Origin: Ignavibacteria bacterium | GTDB lineage: Bacteria > Bacteroidota > Ignavibacteria > Tepidaquicellales > OLB5 | Reading direction: 5' to 3' | Assembly (NCBI GenBank): GCA_013140565.1 | Contig: JABFSP010000224.1 | Span: 1 to 40,755, forward strand | Length of the DNA: 40,755 bases | In this document: positions 27,402-36,677 of the stretch, in pieces | Position numbering within the stretch: position 1 is the first letter of the stretch | Layout of the letters: every line of letters begins with the position of its first letter | Position numbers and translations under genes: made by a program | The notes under the pieces: model-generated | The model's input: the letters and a program-made list of their open reading frames with translations, nothing else | Told to the model about the DNA's origin: nothing | The model's database searches: none

Positions 27402-27890
27402 TTAATTAATATTGCGGGCTCTTGGTGAAAGATAAGGTATACCGATTAAATTAAACAAATCGATTTCCTCTCTTACCGGGATAATTTCACCCTTACGGGT
27501 TAGGAATCCATTAACACCGTTAAATCCCTTTTTTACCCAGCCAGATGCTAAAACATTATGCGAATACTCAACACTGCCAGTTCTGATTGCAAAGATATAT
27601 CCCCAGTTATCGAGATGAGCAACAAACAGATCAACTTTAATACCTTGATAATAAAATTGTTTATATTTTTCGCCATTCTTGATGTACTGAAAATCTCGGT
27701 TTAATTTAAGTAAATGTAAACCCAGTACATTGAACAGCTTATTAGCTTGCTTTGGGATCAGAACTATTTCAATATCTTTTACAATTTCTTTTTCCCTGCG
27801 GATAGAACCTGCTATCTCAATCCGTTCACAGTAAGGCTCAAGGAGTACCTTTAAACTCTCCGCTATTGGTTTGGCTTCTGTTAGTAACAT
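27402..27890 (-). CDS. minimal family X DNA polymerase (palm + thumb only)
   Basis: AGSIRR...KDIEIV, KVDLF, IRTGS, EEIDLF..IGIPYLSPRAR. Confidence 0.85.
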   Translation of the reverse strand: MLLTEAKPIAESLKVLLEPYCERIEIAGSIRREKEIVKDIEIVLIPKQANKLFNVLGLHLLKLNRDFQYIKNGEKYKQFYYQGIKVDLFVAHLDNWGYIFAIRTGSVEYSHNVLASGWVKKGFNGVNGFLTRKGEIIPVREEIDLFNLIGIPYLSPRARNIN

Positions 27891-27893
27891 TGG

Positions 27894-28328
27894 TTATTTA
27901 GGTACAACAGGAAAATTAATTTTAATATTTTTTATTAATTCAGTGTATTCATAAAAGGATGATTCAAAACATCGTCTCATTAAACCTATATTTTCACCTT
28001 TAGCATGTAATACAAAAATTGGTACTTTTGACGCATATGCAATTCCTATCTCTACACAAGAATCCATGCCTAGGTTACTAATTGCAATTACCAAATCAGA
28101 ATGACCTGCCCAGTAAGAATCGTAATCAAATGATTTTTGCCCTTTTTCACTCCATATCCAAGTTGATAAATCCTCGGGTTTACCATCTCTTAAATTTTCC
28201 TCATTAGCATTCCTTACAAATGATTTTACTTCAACATTTGTAAATCTTGTCTCAAGAAGATCCGTCAATAGTTCAACTGCATGTTGATTTTTCCAGCTTG
28301 TAGCTATGTAAATTTTGAAAACTTCCAT
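27894..28328 (-). CDS. nucleoside 2-deoxyribosyltransferase-like protein
   Basis: KIYIATSW, D......SDLVI, VEIGIAYASKVPI. Confidence 0.75.
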   Translation of the reverse strand: MEVFKIYIATSWKNQHAVELLTDLLETRFTNVEVKSFVRNANEENLRDGKPEDLSTWIWSEKGQKSFDYDSYWAGHSDLVIAISNLGMDSCVEIGIAYASKVPIFVLHAKGENIGLMRRCFESSFYEYTELIKNIKINFPVVPK

Positions 28329-28343
28329 GCTTATTCCTTTCTA

Positions 28344-28733
28344 TTATATTATTTTAGTTACTTCAAATCTTACAACCCATGCTGTTTTCCATTTTTCATC
28401 TTTTGTTGTACGCCACCAACGCCAATAAGCTCTATCCGGCAAACAATCTGTTTTACCAACTTTGTATAAAGGAATGTTATTATCACACATATACTGAAAG
28501 CCTTCTTTTTCATAATCACTTTCCGGTGCATCTTTCATATCCTCCTGATACACTGCAAGGATCTTGATTTCAGCTACTTTTTTACCGCCAAACCTGGGTG
28601 ACTTATCCCATGCCTGTACAGTTTCGCCCGGCTTAAAACTTGCAGCATGTCTTGGATTCCAGTACCTGCGGGTTACTGATTTGTGACCTGCAAGAAGTGC
28701 AGCAGTTGTTTTAGCAAATGATATTATTTTCAT
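28344..28733 (-). CDS. ASCH-domain protein
   Basis: ISF......LAGHKSVTRR, DYEKEGF, VVRF. Confidence 0.8.
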   Translation of the reverse strand: MKIISFAKTTAALLAGHKSVTRRYWNPRHAASFKPGETVQAWDKSPRFGGKKVAEIKILAVYQEDMKDAPESDYEKEGFQYMCDNNIPLYKVGKTDCLPDRAYWRWWRTTKDEKWKTAWVVRFEVTKII

Positions 28734-29164
28734 GCCGGTAATAACCCTTTATAATTTTTCTCTTTCAATACTTCAAAAAATGTTTGTTTACCGTCAAATG
28801 CATATGGCAAAAAAACCTCCATAAACTCAACCTGATTTAAAAGTATCATTGATACTTGAATCTGAACCCAGTCAAACAATAACTTCCAAGCTGTTCGCTG
28901 TGCCTGTTTTTTGCATGTTTCCTCAGCTGATTCATTCCATCTTTTATAACCCTTTTTAAGTTCCTTGAATACAAGCTCAGATTTTGCAGGAAGCTTAAAG
29001 CTAATGGGTTTTCCGTTAACTTCAACCTGGAATGCCATACCTGATATTTCCCCATCAACATACCATTTACTAATATTCATTGCCCCGGCATCGACAAGTA
29101 GTTTTTCAATGAGCATTATTGATTTTTCAGGTAAAACTGTGGATGTGTAGTTTTTTAAATTCAT
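28730..29164 (-). CDS. phage hypothetical protein
   Basis: GAGGA SD before MNLKNYTSTV; QAQRTAWKLLFDW. Confidence 0.7.
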   Translation of the reverse strand: MNLKNYTSTVLPEKSIMLIEKLLVDAGAMNISKWYVDGEISGMAFQVEVNGKPISFKLPAKSELVFKELKKGYKRWNESAEETCKKQAQRTAWKLLFDWVQIQVSMILLNQVEFMEVFLPYAFDGKQTFFEVLKEKNYKGLLPA

Positions 29165-29219
29165 TTTTTTATCCTCTAATTTATATATATTTGTATGTTT
29201 AAAACATAAATTAATTGCC

Positions 29220-29426
29220 ATGCTATCCAAAACGTTCGATGTAGAGGGTTATTTCATAGTTGTCGATATTGATGAATCTGGAAAATTCTATCATGCTTAT
29301 TGTCCTGATGAATCCAAATTAGACCCATTCTTAAAAAACCTGTTTGTTATCACCGACCAAGAACATATTGTTCATTATAATTTAAAAGAAGCAGTTATAG
29401 ATTTTAATCACAGACCAGAAAAGTAG
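29220..29426 (+). CDS. small counter-oriented hypothetical protein
   Basis: 68 aa ORF that fills the intergenic gap. Confidence 0.5.
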   Translation: MLSKTFDVEGYFIVVDIDESGKFYHAYCPDESKLDPFLKNLFVITDQEHIVHYNLKEAVIDFNHRPEK

Positions 29427-29430
29427 ATTA

Positions 29431-31953
29431 TCATTTTACTTTAAGCATATCGAATAATGTAATCACATCTTTTTTTTTAGTGGCATCACTGCAGTACTGA
29501 GCGCCATCGGTGTATGATAACTCATTCAGTTCAATTCCTACACCATACCTATCCAGCTTTATACTTCTATACGGGACTGTCATTAATCCACCAAATGGAT
29601 CTAAAACTATCTCACCCTTGGAAGAGTACCTTTCAATGAGCCGGTCAACAATATCAAACTGCAGGGGACATAGATGCTTTTCAAGACCTTTAACAGCTTG
29701 GTTTGTATTGAGTGTGTGCATTCTTGTGACATCATCCCACACAAATGGACTGTTAGACACCACAGGAACCGCCATAAACGTCCGTGGCAGCTTTTTTAAC
29801 GCCTCCAGCGAGTGACAAATCCCTACATGTTCCTCAAAATCATAGATGTTTGATGTGCTGTACTCTTTCCAGCCTTTGCTTATTTGTGAAAGCGTTAACT
29901 TCATTATTTCATCCTGTGATAGCAGCCTGTTACCCCCTGAGCGCCAATACGAATGCGCATCAAGCTGCCATCTTTCCACAGGATAGTCCTCTTTTTTTTT
30001 AGTCACAGGTTCATCTGCATACCCGTTTGTCATATCTGTTGGCGGTTTCCTGAATATCAAAACATACTCCGGTAAACCACACCCCATTTTAGTGCCGTCT
30101 TTACACTGTTCAGTCCATCCAAGCCTGTGGGTTTGATTATTTTCCTGAACCACATCTGTAGTCACCGTGATTTTACCCATCAAGTGAAAACCATGCTTTT
30201 CAAAATGAGCTACCGTTTTACCTGAAAAATCAGATAGGGAAGTGAATCCTACACCGTTCTGATATGAATAACGGATCCTGTCCTTAACATGAACAGCGCA
30301 AATTCTACCCGGCTTTAAAACTCTTAACATCTGTGGTGTAGTAAAATCCATTTGTTTAAAGAATTCAGCATCACCATCATTATGCCCGAAATCGTGATAT
30401 GATTCACAATACTCATACTGGTCACTGAACGGAATCGAAGTGACCTCGAGGTGAACACTATCATCCGGCCATGAGGAAAGCTCTATGACATTATCATTAT
30501 TTATGCAGTGATAATAATCCGTTTTAATTTCTTGCCGCTTTACACCCATGGAGCGTTTTAAATCAGCTTTAATGTTTATAGAACTTAATCCGAACTTTTT
30601 AACAATCGATGTCATTTGCCTTTGCTGTTCTTCATAATCATTCCACTTACGCAGAATAACCCTTTTAATCTGACGTTCAGCATCAGTGTGAATGATATCA
30701 ATCCTGATTTTTTTACTTGCTGAATAAATTCTGACTACACGGTGAATCGCCTGAATAAATTCTTCAAATTTATATGTTATACCTGCAAAGATTTCCCAGT
30801 CACAATGATACTGCCAGTTAGAACCATACCCTGCAATTTCAGGCTTGGTAGATATATACTGATATTTACCTGCCGCAAAATCCATTAAATACTGTTCGCG
30901 CTCTTCCATCTTTTGTGTGCCAAAAACAGATTTAACAGCAGGTATCGCTTTCTGAATGGCTTTGCGTTCCTCTTCTAGGTGATGCCATATAGCGCAATGT
31001 TTATCCGGATGCTGGTTTAATAATTCAAGTACCTTATCAATACGGACCTGAATGCTCTCACGTTTTTCTTTGGCAGCTTCCTGTAGGCTTGATGAACCGT
31101 CTCTTATCAGTTTGGTTTGACCGTCCCTATCAGATAAGATTTCACGTTCTTTTAAAATCACTTCATGCCAGTTTACCTCTAATTCAGGTACTTCATAGCC
31201 TTTATCGGAATAACCCAGATCACTGGGTTTTGTGATGAACACTGCCCAGCTTGAAACCCACAGCCAGAATTCCTGAACCTTATGCGGATACAAAGTGAGG
31301 TCACCAGCCTTTTGTGAATTACGCTGAAAGAAACGGGTTAAAGCCTGACCACGGTCCATGATACCCAGGAAGTGAGCATAATTTAAAAGCTCTGTAAAGT
31401 CATTTGGTGATGGTGTGGCTGTGAATATATGCCTGTAAGGAATTACAGTGAATTCATTCATCATGTAATTTGTTACAACCGTATCAAGATTACGAATGCA
31501 ACTGAACTCATCACCACCGAAATAACCTATTTCCTTTGGATTGAACTTTGAACTTTTGATTTGTTCATAGTTACTGATAAACAGGTTTCTTTTATCCTTG
31601 AGGTAGAGTTTCATCATTTCATCATGACTTTTTACATAATGAACATTTAACCCAAGCATAGCAGCATCCTTAAAAAATTCAAGCCTTGCACCCAAAGGTA
31701 AACCCATCAGCGAGGGCATTTCTGTATGCTTTGCAATTAACCGAGCTATTTCAAGATTAATAACAGTTTTACCCAAAGAGAACTTTAAGAATGCACCCCT
31801 GCGACCACCTGCAATACACCACTGAATAACATCCTTTTGATGTGGTTTGCATATCGGGTTGATATCATCCTGTGATATTTCAAAGCCTGAGCTATCCGCA
31901 ATCTTTATTTTGCTCTCAAGGAAGCTGTAGTATGTGTTTAAATCTAAGTTCAA
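29431..31953 (-). CDS. SF2 helicase-like + N4C/N6A DNA methyltransferase fusion
   Basis: SLGKT, GDE, TATPSPND, QAIHR; TSIPF, HLCPLQ, DPFGG. Confidence 0.88.
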   Translation of the reverse strand: MNLDLNTYYSFLESKIKIADSSGFEISQDDINPICKPHQKDVIQWCIAGGRRGAFLKFSLGKTVINLEIARLIAKHTEMPSLMGLPLGARLEFFKDAAMLGLNVHYVKSHDEMMKLYLKDKRNLFISNYEQIKSSKFNPKEIGYFGGDEFSCIRNLDTVVTNYMMNEFTVIPYRHIFTATPSPNDFTELLNYAHFLGIMDRGQALTRFFQRNSQKAGDLTLYPHKVQEFWLWVSSWAVFITKPSDLGYSDKGYEVPELEVNWHEVILKEREILSDRDGQTKLIRDGSSSLQEAAKEKRESIQVRIDKVLELLNQHPDKHCAIWHHLEEERKAIQKAIPAVKSVFGTQKMEEREQYLMDFAAGKYQYISTKPEIAGYGSNWQYHCDWEIFAGITYKFEEFIQAIHRVVRIYSASKKIRIDIIHTDAERQIKRVILRKWNDYEEQQRQMTSIVKKFGLSSINIKADLKRSMGVKRQEIKTDYYHCINNDNVIELSSWPDDSVHLEVTSIPFSDQYEYCESYHDFGHNDGDAEFFKQMDFTTPQMLRVLKPGRICAVHVKDRIRYSYQNGVGFTSLSDFSGKTVAHFEKHGFHLMGKITVTTDVVQENNQTHRLGWTEQCKDGTKMGCGLPEYVLIFRKPPTDMTNGYADEPVTKKKEDYPVERWQLDAHSYWRSGGNRLLSQDEIMKLTLSQISKGWKEYSTSNIYDFEEHVGICHSLEALKKLPRTFMAVPVVSNSPFVWDDVTRMHTLNTNQAVKGLEKHLCPLQFDIVDRLIERYSSKGEIVLDPFGGLMTVPYRSIKLDRYGVGIELNELSYTDGAQYCSDATKKKDVITLFDMLKVK

Positions 31954-33320
31954 TTAAATGTTTGAATTCCTCTCTCCAAAAGCCAAGTCATAACTTGGGG
32001 ATTCACTGCATTTCCATATTGACGAACCTGTTCTTCGGGTGAACCTAATACGATATAATCATCATCGAAATTCATTCCTTTGTGAATTTCCTTAACCCCA
32101 AGCATCCTGTAATAACACTCTCCAATTTTAGGCTTTTGAAATGTTACAATTCCCGTGCGATCCTTAGTTGTAATAGTTCTGATTGCATCGCTCAAAGAAG
32201 TAAACTGTGGAGTCTTATAATAATAATTCAGGAAGCAATGCCAGGAGTCAGTTGTTACTATTCCGTGATATGGTACAGTCGTAACTGTACTTAATGCTTC
32301 CTGAACATCTCTCACGGTGCTCTTACCTTTATTTTCAACTATAAATGGAGTAACAATACCATGATGCCTGCCACCTGCAGCAATAGTATAAAGTGGTTCA
32401 AATATGCTGTAATCCTTTAAGGATCTATTTACTTTCAGCATAAAAGGCTCATCGTTGTATCTATCAATTCCCATTTGAATCCTGTTTCTTGTAGCAGGTG
32501 CTAACCTATCTCCAATTAATTTACCCGGATTAGTCCAGTCAATTATATTAAAGGCAGCGTACCGATAAGGTTCAACAACAGAATTACAAACAGAACAGTT
32601 ATAAGTATATTGGCGCCTTTGACCGTATGCACCCCAATGAAAATCATCTTTTTTCCAAGTTTGAATCGATTCATTATCATGTTCACATTTATGGCAATAA
32701 GCATTTGGAGTGAATTCAAGGTCAGGGATTCTATTACCTTTTTTCCAGAAAACAATATACATTCTATCCCTGCTTTGAGGTGTTGGATGAAAAAACATGC
32801 TGTTCAGATAATTGATTTTATAATCATATCCCTGCCTTGTCATCGCATTTAACCAATCAGGAAAATTAATCCACTTATAAGCTCCGGGCACATTTTCAAC
32901 TATTATCAATCCATAGTTATGGAATTCAGCAAACCGGGGAACATCCCACATTGTAGCTCTTGACCTTTCCTCAGCATCATCATTAAATAACTCAGACTGC
33001 GCTGCCTTAATTTTATCAAGTGATTTGTTCCGTGCGTAACCCTGCCAGGTACATTCAGGTGAAGTTAATAATATATCTGTTGTAGGGAATCTTTCCGGCT
33101 TTGATGTAGCCATGTTGGTTTGCACATGTAAAGTGTTAGGAAAATTACGTGCATGTGTTTGTAGTGCTATTTTCCAATGATTAACAGCAACCGTAATTTC
33201 AAGTCCACCGCCTAATTTAACGATTAAACGCTTTGCACCCTGTGATGTACCGCCAGCACCGCAGAATTGGTCTTTTATCTTTAATACAGAACCAGTCCTT
33301 TTATATATGAAATTTGCCAA
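31950..33320 (-). CDS. DNA cytosine-5 methyltransferase
   Basis: DQFCGAGG, SPEC, ENV, QSRDR, YGNAV. Confidence 0.92.
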   Translation of the reverse strand: MANFIYKRTGSVLKIKDQFCGAGGTSQGAKRLIVKLGGGLEITVAVNHWKIALQTHARNFPNTLHVQTNMATSKPERFPTTDILLTSPECTWQGYARNKSLDKIKAAQSELFNDDAEERSRATMWDVPRFAEFHNYGLIIVENVPGAYKWINFPDWLNAMTRQGYDYKINYLNSMFFHPTPQSRDRMYIVFWKKGNRIPDLEFTPNAYCHKCEHDNESIQTWKKDDFHWGAYGQRRQYTYNCSVCNSVVEPYRYAAFNIIDWTNPGKLIGDRLAPATRNRIQMGIDRYNDEPFMLKVNRSLKDYSIFEPLYTIAAGGRHHGIVTPFIVENKGKSTVRDVQEALSTVTTVPYHGIVTTDSWHCFLNYYYKTPQFTSLSDAIRTITTKDRTGIVTFQKPKIGECYYRMLGVKEIHKGMNFDDDYIVLGSPEEQVRQYGNAVNPQVMTWLLERGIQTFN

Positions 33321-33947
33321 TTAAGATTTATCTCCAATATCGATTATATTTCCCTGACCATTAACCGCTTTCTTGCTTGATTTATGTTTCTCAAGCTTAT
33401 CAGCCTTATCCTTAATTTCCTGTTCAGCAAAATCTATCTCAATTTTCTCACGCTCACCTTTGATGTATCTTTCCGATTCATGGAAGAGAGTTTCAATTAC
33501 TTCAAAACACTCATCACCCAGTAGCTTGCTTTCATCACCACCGGAATCAGATAGGAATTCTGATTGCTTAAATGGAGTGTTAATCGGTAATACACCATGA
33601 GATTTTTTATACTGCATTACACCTGAGATAATTACACCGGGTATTTTACGGCCATCTTCATGTTCACCATAGGAAACACTGATACCCCTGACTTTTATCT
33701 TGGAAGCATAATCCTTTGGTAGTTCACAGAACCCCGTTAGATACGGACATAGTCCCTGCAGTGCATCTTTGAATGTTTGAACCGGCTCATCATAGGATTT
33801 GAAAGTGAAGCTTTCCTTTATTTCCTGACCGTTTTCATTGTGACCTTTTATCAAATCATATGTGAATTCAAATGAGTTTTTATCATCTTCCTTTTTTGCA
33901 GGTTTGTATTTGATTTTTAAAAATCTATAGATCGGTTTGAATGACAT
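33321..33947 (-). CDS. hypothetical protein
   Basis: 208 aa ORF in the early operon. Confidence 0.7.
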   Translation of the reverse strand: MSFKPIYRFLKIKYKPAKKEDDKNSFEFTYDLIKGHNENGQEIKESFTFKSYDEPVQTFKDALQGLCPYLTGFCELPKDYASKIKVRGISVSYGEHEDGRKIPGVIISGVMQYKKSHGVLPINTPFKQSEFLSDSGGDESKLLGDECFEVIETLFHESERYIKGEREKIEIDFAEQEIKDKADKLEKHKSSKKAVNGQGNIIDIGDKS

Positions 33948-33990
33948 GACTTTAAATGTTTAAGTTTATTAAATAACCTTTGTTAAACGC

Positions 33991-34578
33991 TTAACCGCAG
34001 TACTTCTCTCTAAATGCCTTTAAATGCTTAATGTTTGTTTGATAGTAGTAAATCTTGGTTCTTTTATCCCTAACTCTCTTAAGCGGCGCATCATCATCAT
34101 CACAGGACATAATGGCTACATATCTTTTAATTGTAGCCTCAGATGCAAAACCTGCTTTCAATGCTCCCACTGTAAACATTCTGGATTCCTTTACCTGACG
34201 TCTGATTGAAAATTCCTCTTCCAGCCAATCAATAAAATCTAACAGGTAACGCTTCTTGAGATATACAGTATCGCTTTTAGGTTCCGGCATAGCATAATCA
34301 CTCACACCCACACTCACATTCAACTTCTTTTTCCAGCCTTTGGGATGTTCATTGCAATTACATTCATGACACCACAATTCAAGGTTTTCGTGAAAAATAT
34401 GGGTTTTATCGCCATCAAGGTGATGTATATCCAGTGAAACTTCAGGTGGTTGTTTACCGCATTTTCTACATCTTTCACCATCTCTTAATACCAGATAATC
34501 GTAAACCTTTGCACGTTCAACACCGCTGAACCTGCTTTTTCTTTTACGGTCAACCGAAATGCAATCAGGGATTCTCAT
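33991..34578 (-). CDS. HNH endonuclease-domain protein
   Basis: RDG..CRKC...LDIHH.D......NL...CHECN. Confidence 0.8.
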   Translation of the reverse strand: MRIPDCISVDRKRKSRFSGVERAKVYDYLVLRDGERCRKCGKQPPEVSLDIHHLDGDKTHIFHENLELWCHECNCNEHPKGWKKKLNVSVGVSDYAMPEPKSDTVYLKKRYLLDFIDWLEEEFSIRRQVKESRMFTVGALKAGFASEATIKRYVAIMSCDDDDAPLKRVRDKRTKIYYYQTNIKHLKAFREKYCG

Positions 34579-34723
34579 TTTCAGATAATCCCTTTTGATT
34601 TAATATGATATCAGATAAGGTATCATTATTATTTTTTACCAATTTGAATACAAATATTTGTACGATATTTCCCCCTAATGATAAAGCTAATGCAAGAATC
34701 AAAATGTATATAATAGCTTCCAA
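34565..34723 (-). CDS. small membrane protein (52 aa, not in ORF track)
   Basis: GGGGGA SD, TTG start, MEAIIYILILALALSLGGNIVQIFVF... Confidence 0.5.
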   Translation of the reverse strand: MEAIIYILILALALSLGGNIVQIFVFKLVKNNNDTLSDIILNQKGLSENENP

Positions 34724-34931
34724 ATATTATCCCCCGCAGTATGAACCTTTTTAAATTTGCTATGCCGTTTTCTCTTTTTCACAGTTAGCGAGTGACGGCA
34801 TAGCTGTATTATAAATTTCTGAATTAAATTAGAAAGCTAAACAAACCCCGTAGGGAAATACAGGAGCATATCAAAGCCTTTATGGATGAGTATTATGCAG
34901 GCAATATTTACCTGGCATATTATACCAAGCT

Positions 34932-35051
34932 TTAACCTAATAGAATTGTGATTATTGAAGCAATTAATAATAGTATTAAGCATAATTTTATAAACCTTTT
35001 CTGTGGCTTTTGAAATTGGTTTGAATAATCATTTTCATTAAGCCTTTTCAT
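34932..35051 (-). CDS. 39 aa C-terminally hydrophobic peptide (not in ORF track)
   Basis: MKRLNENDYSNQFQKPQKRFIKLCLILLLIASIITILLG; overlaps the upstream gene end. Confidence 0.4.
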   Translation of the reverse strand: MKRLNENDYSNQFQKPQKRFIKLCLILLLIASIITILLG

Positions 35052-35274
35052 TTTCTGTAGTTTTGATTTGATAAGTTCTTGCATGTAAGTCAACAAGTTC
35101 TATCATTCCTGCTTGTTTTAGCTTTGTTATGGATTTATGAAGCTGGTCGTTTGTATATGATGTTGCACTTTCAATAAATGAAAACCTGACCGGGAAAGGG
35201 TACATCTCAATGATACCATAGATATCATTATCCGCATGGGTGAGCTTTACATCATTTTTGTTTTGATTTTTCAT
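35038..35274 (-). CDS. small winged-HTH-like protein
   Basis: IESATSYTNDQLHKSITKLKQAGMIE pattern. Confidence 0.5.
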   Translation of the reverse strand: MKNQNKNDVKLTHADNDIYGIIEMYPFPVRFSFIESATSYTNDQLHKSITKLKQAGMIELVDLHARTYQIKTTENEKA

Positions 35275-35426
35275 TTCTTGATTCTTGATAGTTTGTAATT
35301 GTAGGACCGTAAACAGGCATTGATTACCTTAACTTCCTTTGAAGTGATATTGTGGTCATTAAGCTTGCTTTCAAGCCGCTCAATTGCCCATTTAATATTC
35401 TGTTTATTTTCTTTGAATTTTTTCAT
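35271..35426 (-). CDS. 51 aa hypothetical protein (not in ORF track)
   Basis: ATGA-coupled on both sides; MKKFKENKQNIKWAIERLESKL... Confidence 0.6.
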   Translation of the reverse strand: MKKFKENKQNIKWAIERLESKLNDHNITSKEVKVINACLRSYNYKLSRIKK

Positions 35427-35959
35427 AATGTTAATTTGTTAATTTCTGACCTGCGCTGTTTAATGGCAGTGACAAGTAAATCTTCAGGATCCTCGACAAC
35501 TGCAAGTGATTTGAAAATATTCCATACATCAACAAGATCGGATTCAGTACCGGAATCCTTTATCACGGTGTTTTTTGCATGAGAAATAACATCTTTTCTG
35601 AAACCCGGATTAAACTGCAGTTCACTGTATTTGTGAAGTAAATGGGTATAATCGGCTGGTATTCTACATTTAGCTATATCAGCCCTGACCTTATCCGCAA
35701 ATTCAGTTTCCTTGCTGATGAGCTCTTCCTGAATAACGGTTTCTTTTTGCTCGTGTTCAGCAATGTATATTTCCAGATCATGGTTTGTGTATTTATCAAG
35801 CTCAGACAAGGGAATAGGTTTATTCATTAGATCTGATTTAGCAATTTTTTCGAGTGATTGACGGTAGACTGTTTTTGTGTTATCGCTGGTTTTACGGCCA
35901 TATTGATTAACAAGCCTGTTGTCACCTGCAGCATTACCCGGTAAATGTGCTGTTCTCAT
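35423..35959 (-). CDS. hypothetical protein
   Basis: Start moved to MRTAHL (ATGA overlap with the upstream stop). Confidence 0.65.
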   Translation of the reverse strand: MRTAHLPGNAAGDNRLVNQYGRKTSDNTKTVYRQSLEKIAKSDLMNKPIPLSELDKYTNHDLEIYIAEHEQKETVIQEELISKETEFADKVRADIAKCRIPADYTHLLHKYSELQFNPGFRKDVISHAKNTVIKDSGTESDLVDVWNIFKSLAVVEDPEDLLVTAIKQRRSEINKLTL

Positions 35960-36276
35960 TTTGAGTTCAAATGAATTAATTTCTTTTTCCGCGCTGTTAG
36001 ACAATCTAAAAATGGTTTATGTTTCTGAAGCTTTGGATGCTGGTTGTAAATTTTCATCAATTCCGCTGTGGTACCTGAATTCTGTATCTCTTCTTTAATC
36101 TTACGCCACGGCTTGCCATCATTCAAAATGTTATCCTTGTAATAATTTGCGTAACAATCTGTAGTCTTGAATATCATTTGCCATAACTCATCTGTGGATT
36201 TTGCAACTACATCGGTAAAACCAACTTCTATCTCAAGTATACTTATTGCCGCTGAACGTTCAGGGTTTAACATCAT
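35956..36276 (-). CDS. hypothetical protein
   Basis: 106 aa ORF in the early operon. Confidence 0.65.
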   Translation of the reverse strand: MMLNPERSAAISILEIEVGFTDVVAKSTDELWQMIFKTTDCYANYYKDNILNDGKPWRKIKEEIQNSGTTAELMKIYNQHPKLQKHKPFLDCLTARKKKLIHLNSK

Positions 36277-36385
36277 TTATTCTTTTGGCAATAATACGCT
36301 CAATTGATTCCTGTTCTTTCCAAGCCATATAAGCGTCTTCGTATGTTGGAAATAAAATTTTACTGTGGAGATATATTGCGTACAT
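36260..36385 (-). CDS. 41 aa hypothetical protein (not in ORF track)
   Basis: MYAIYLHSKILFPTYEDAYMAWKEQESIERIIAKRINDVKP. Confidence 0.45.
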   Translation of the reverse strand: MYAIYLHSKILFPTYEDAYMAWKEQESIERIIAKRINDVKP

Positions 36386-36402
36386 TATGTGTTTTTAATT
36401 AA

Positions 36403-36472
36403 CCCCTGCCTTAGCGTTTCTATTTGCTTCAATTGAATGAAACCCCCCATGTCAACCACGCACCGGCAGGGG
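36403..36472 (-). ncRNA. GC-rich structured intergenic element
   Basis: CCCCTGCC/GGCAGGGG closing stem with inner GTTTC/GAAAC and TTCAATTGAA. Confidence 0.35.
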
Positions 36473-36482
36473 AAATGATTAA

Positions 36483-36677
36483 TTAGTGGATGTACTCGTG
36501 AACCTGTTCGTGAACAAATTGTGAATCCTGATTTATTTCATCGAGTTCATTGTCTGATAATTCTCTTCCGTTCACATCTGTTGCACTGGCAATAAAAGCA
36601 TTGCAGAAATCAGGGTAATCTTTGTAATCAATATCCTCAATTGAGGTAACTTTTATTTTGTTTTTGTCTACTACCAT
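36483..36677 (-). CDS. small acidic protein
   Basis: 64 aa, DIDYKDYPDFC; coupled to YqaJ. Confidence 0.7.
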   Translation of the reverse strand: MVVDKNKIKVTSIEDIDYKDYPDFCNAFIASATDVNGRELSDNELDEINQDSQFVHEQVHEYIH

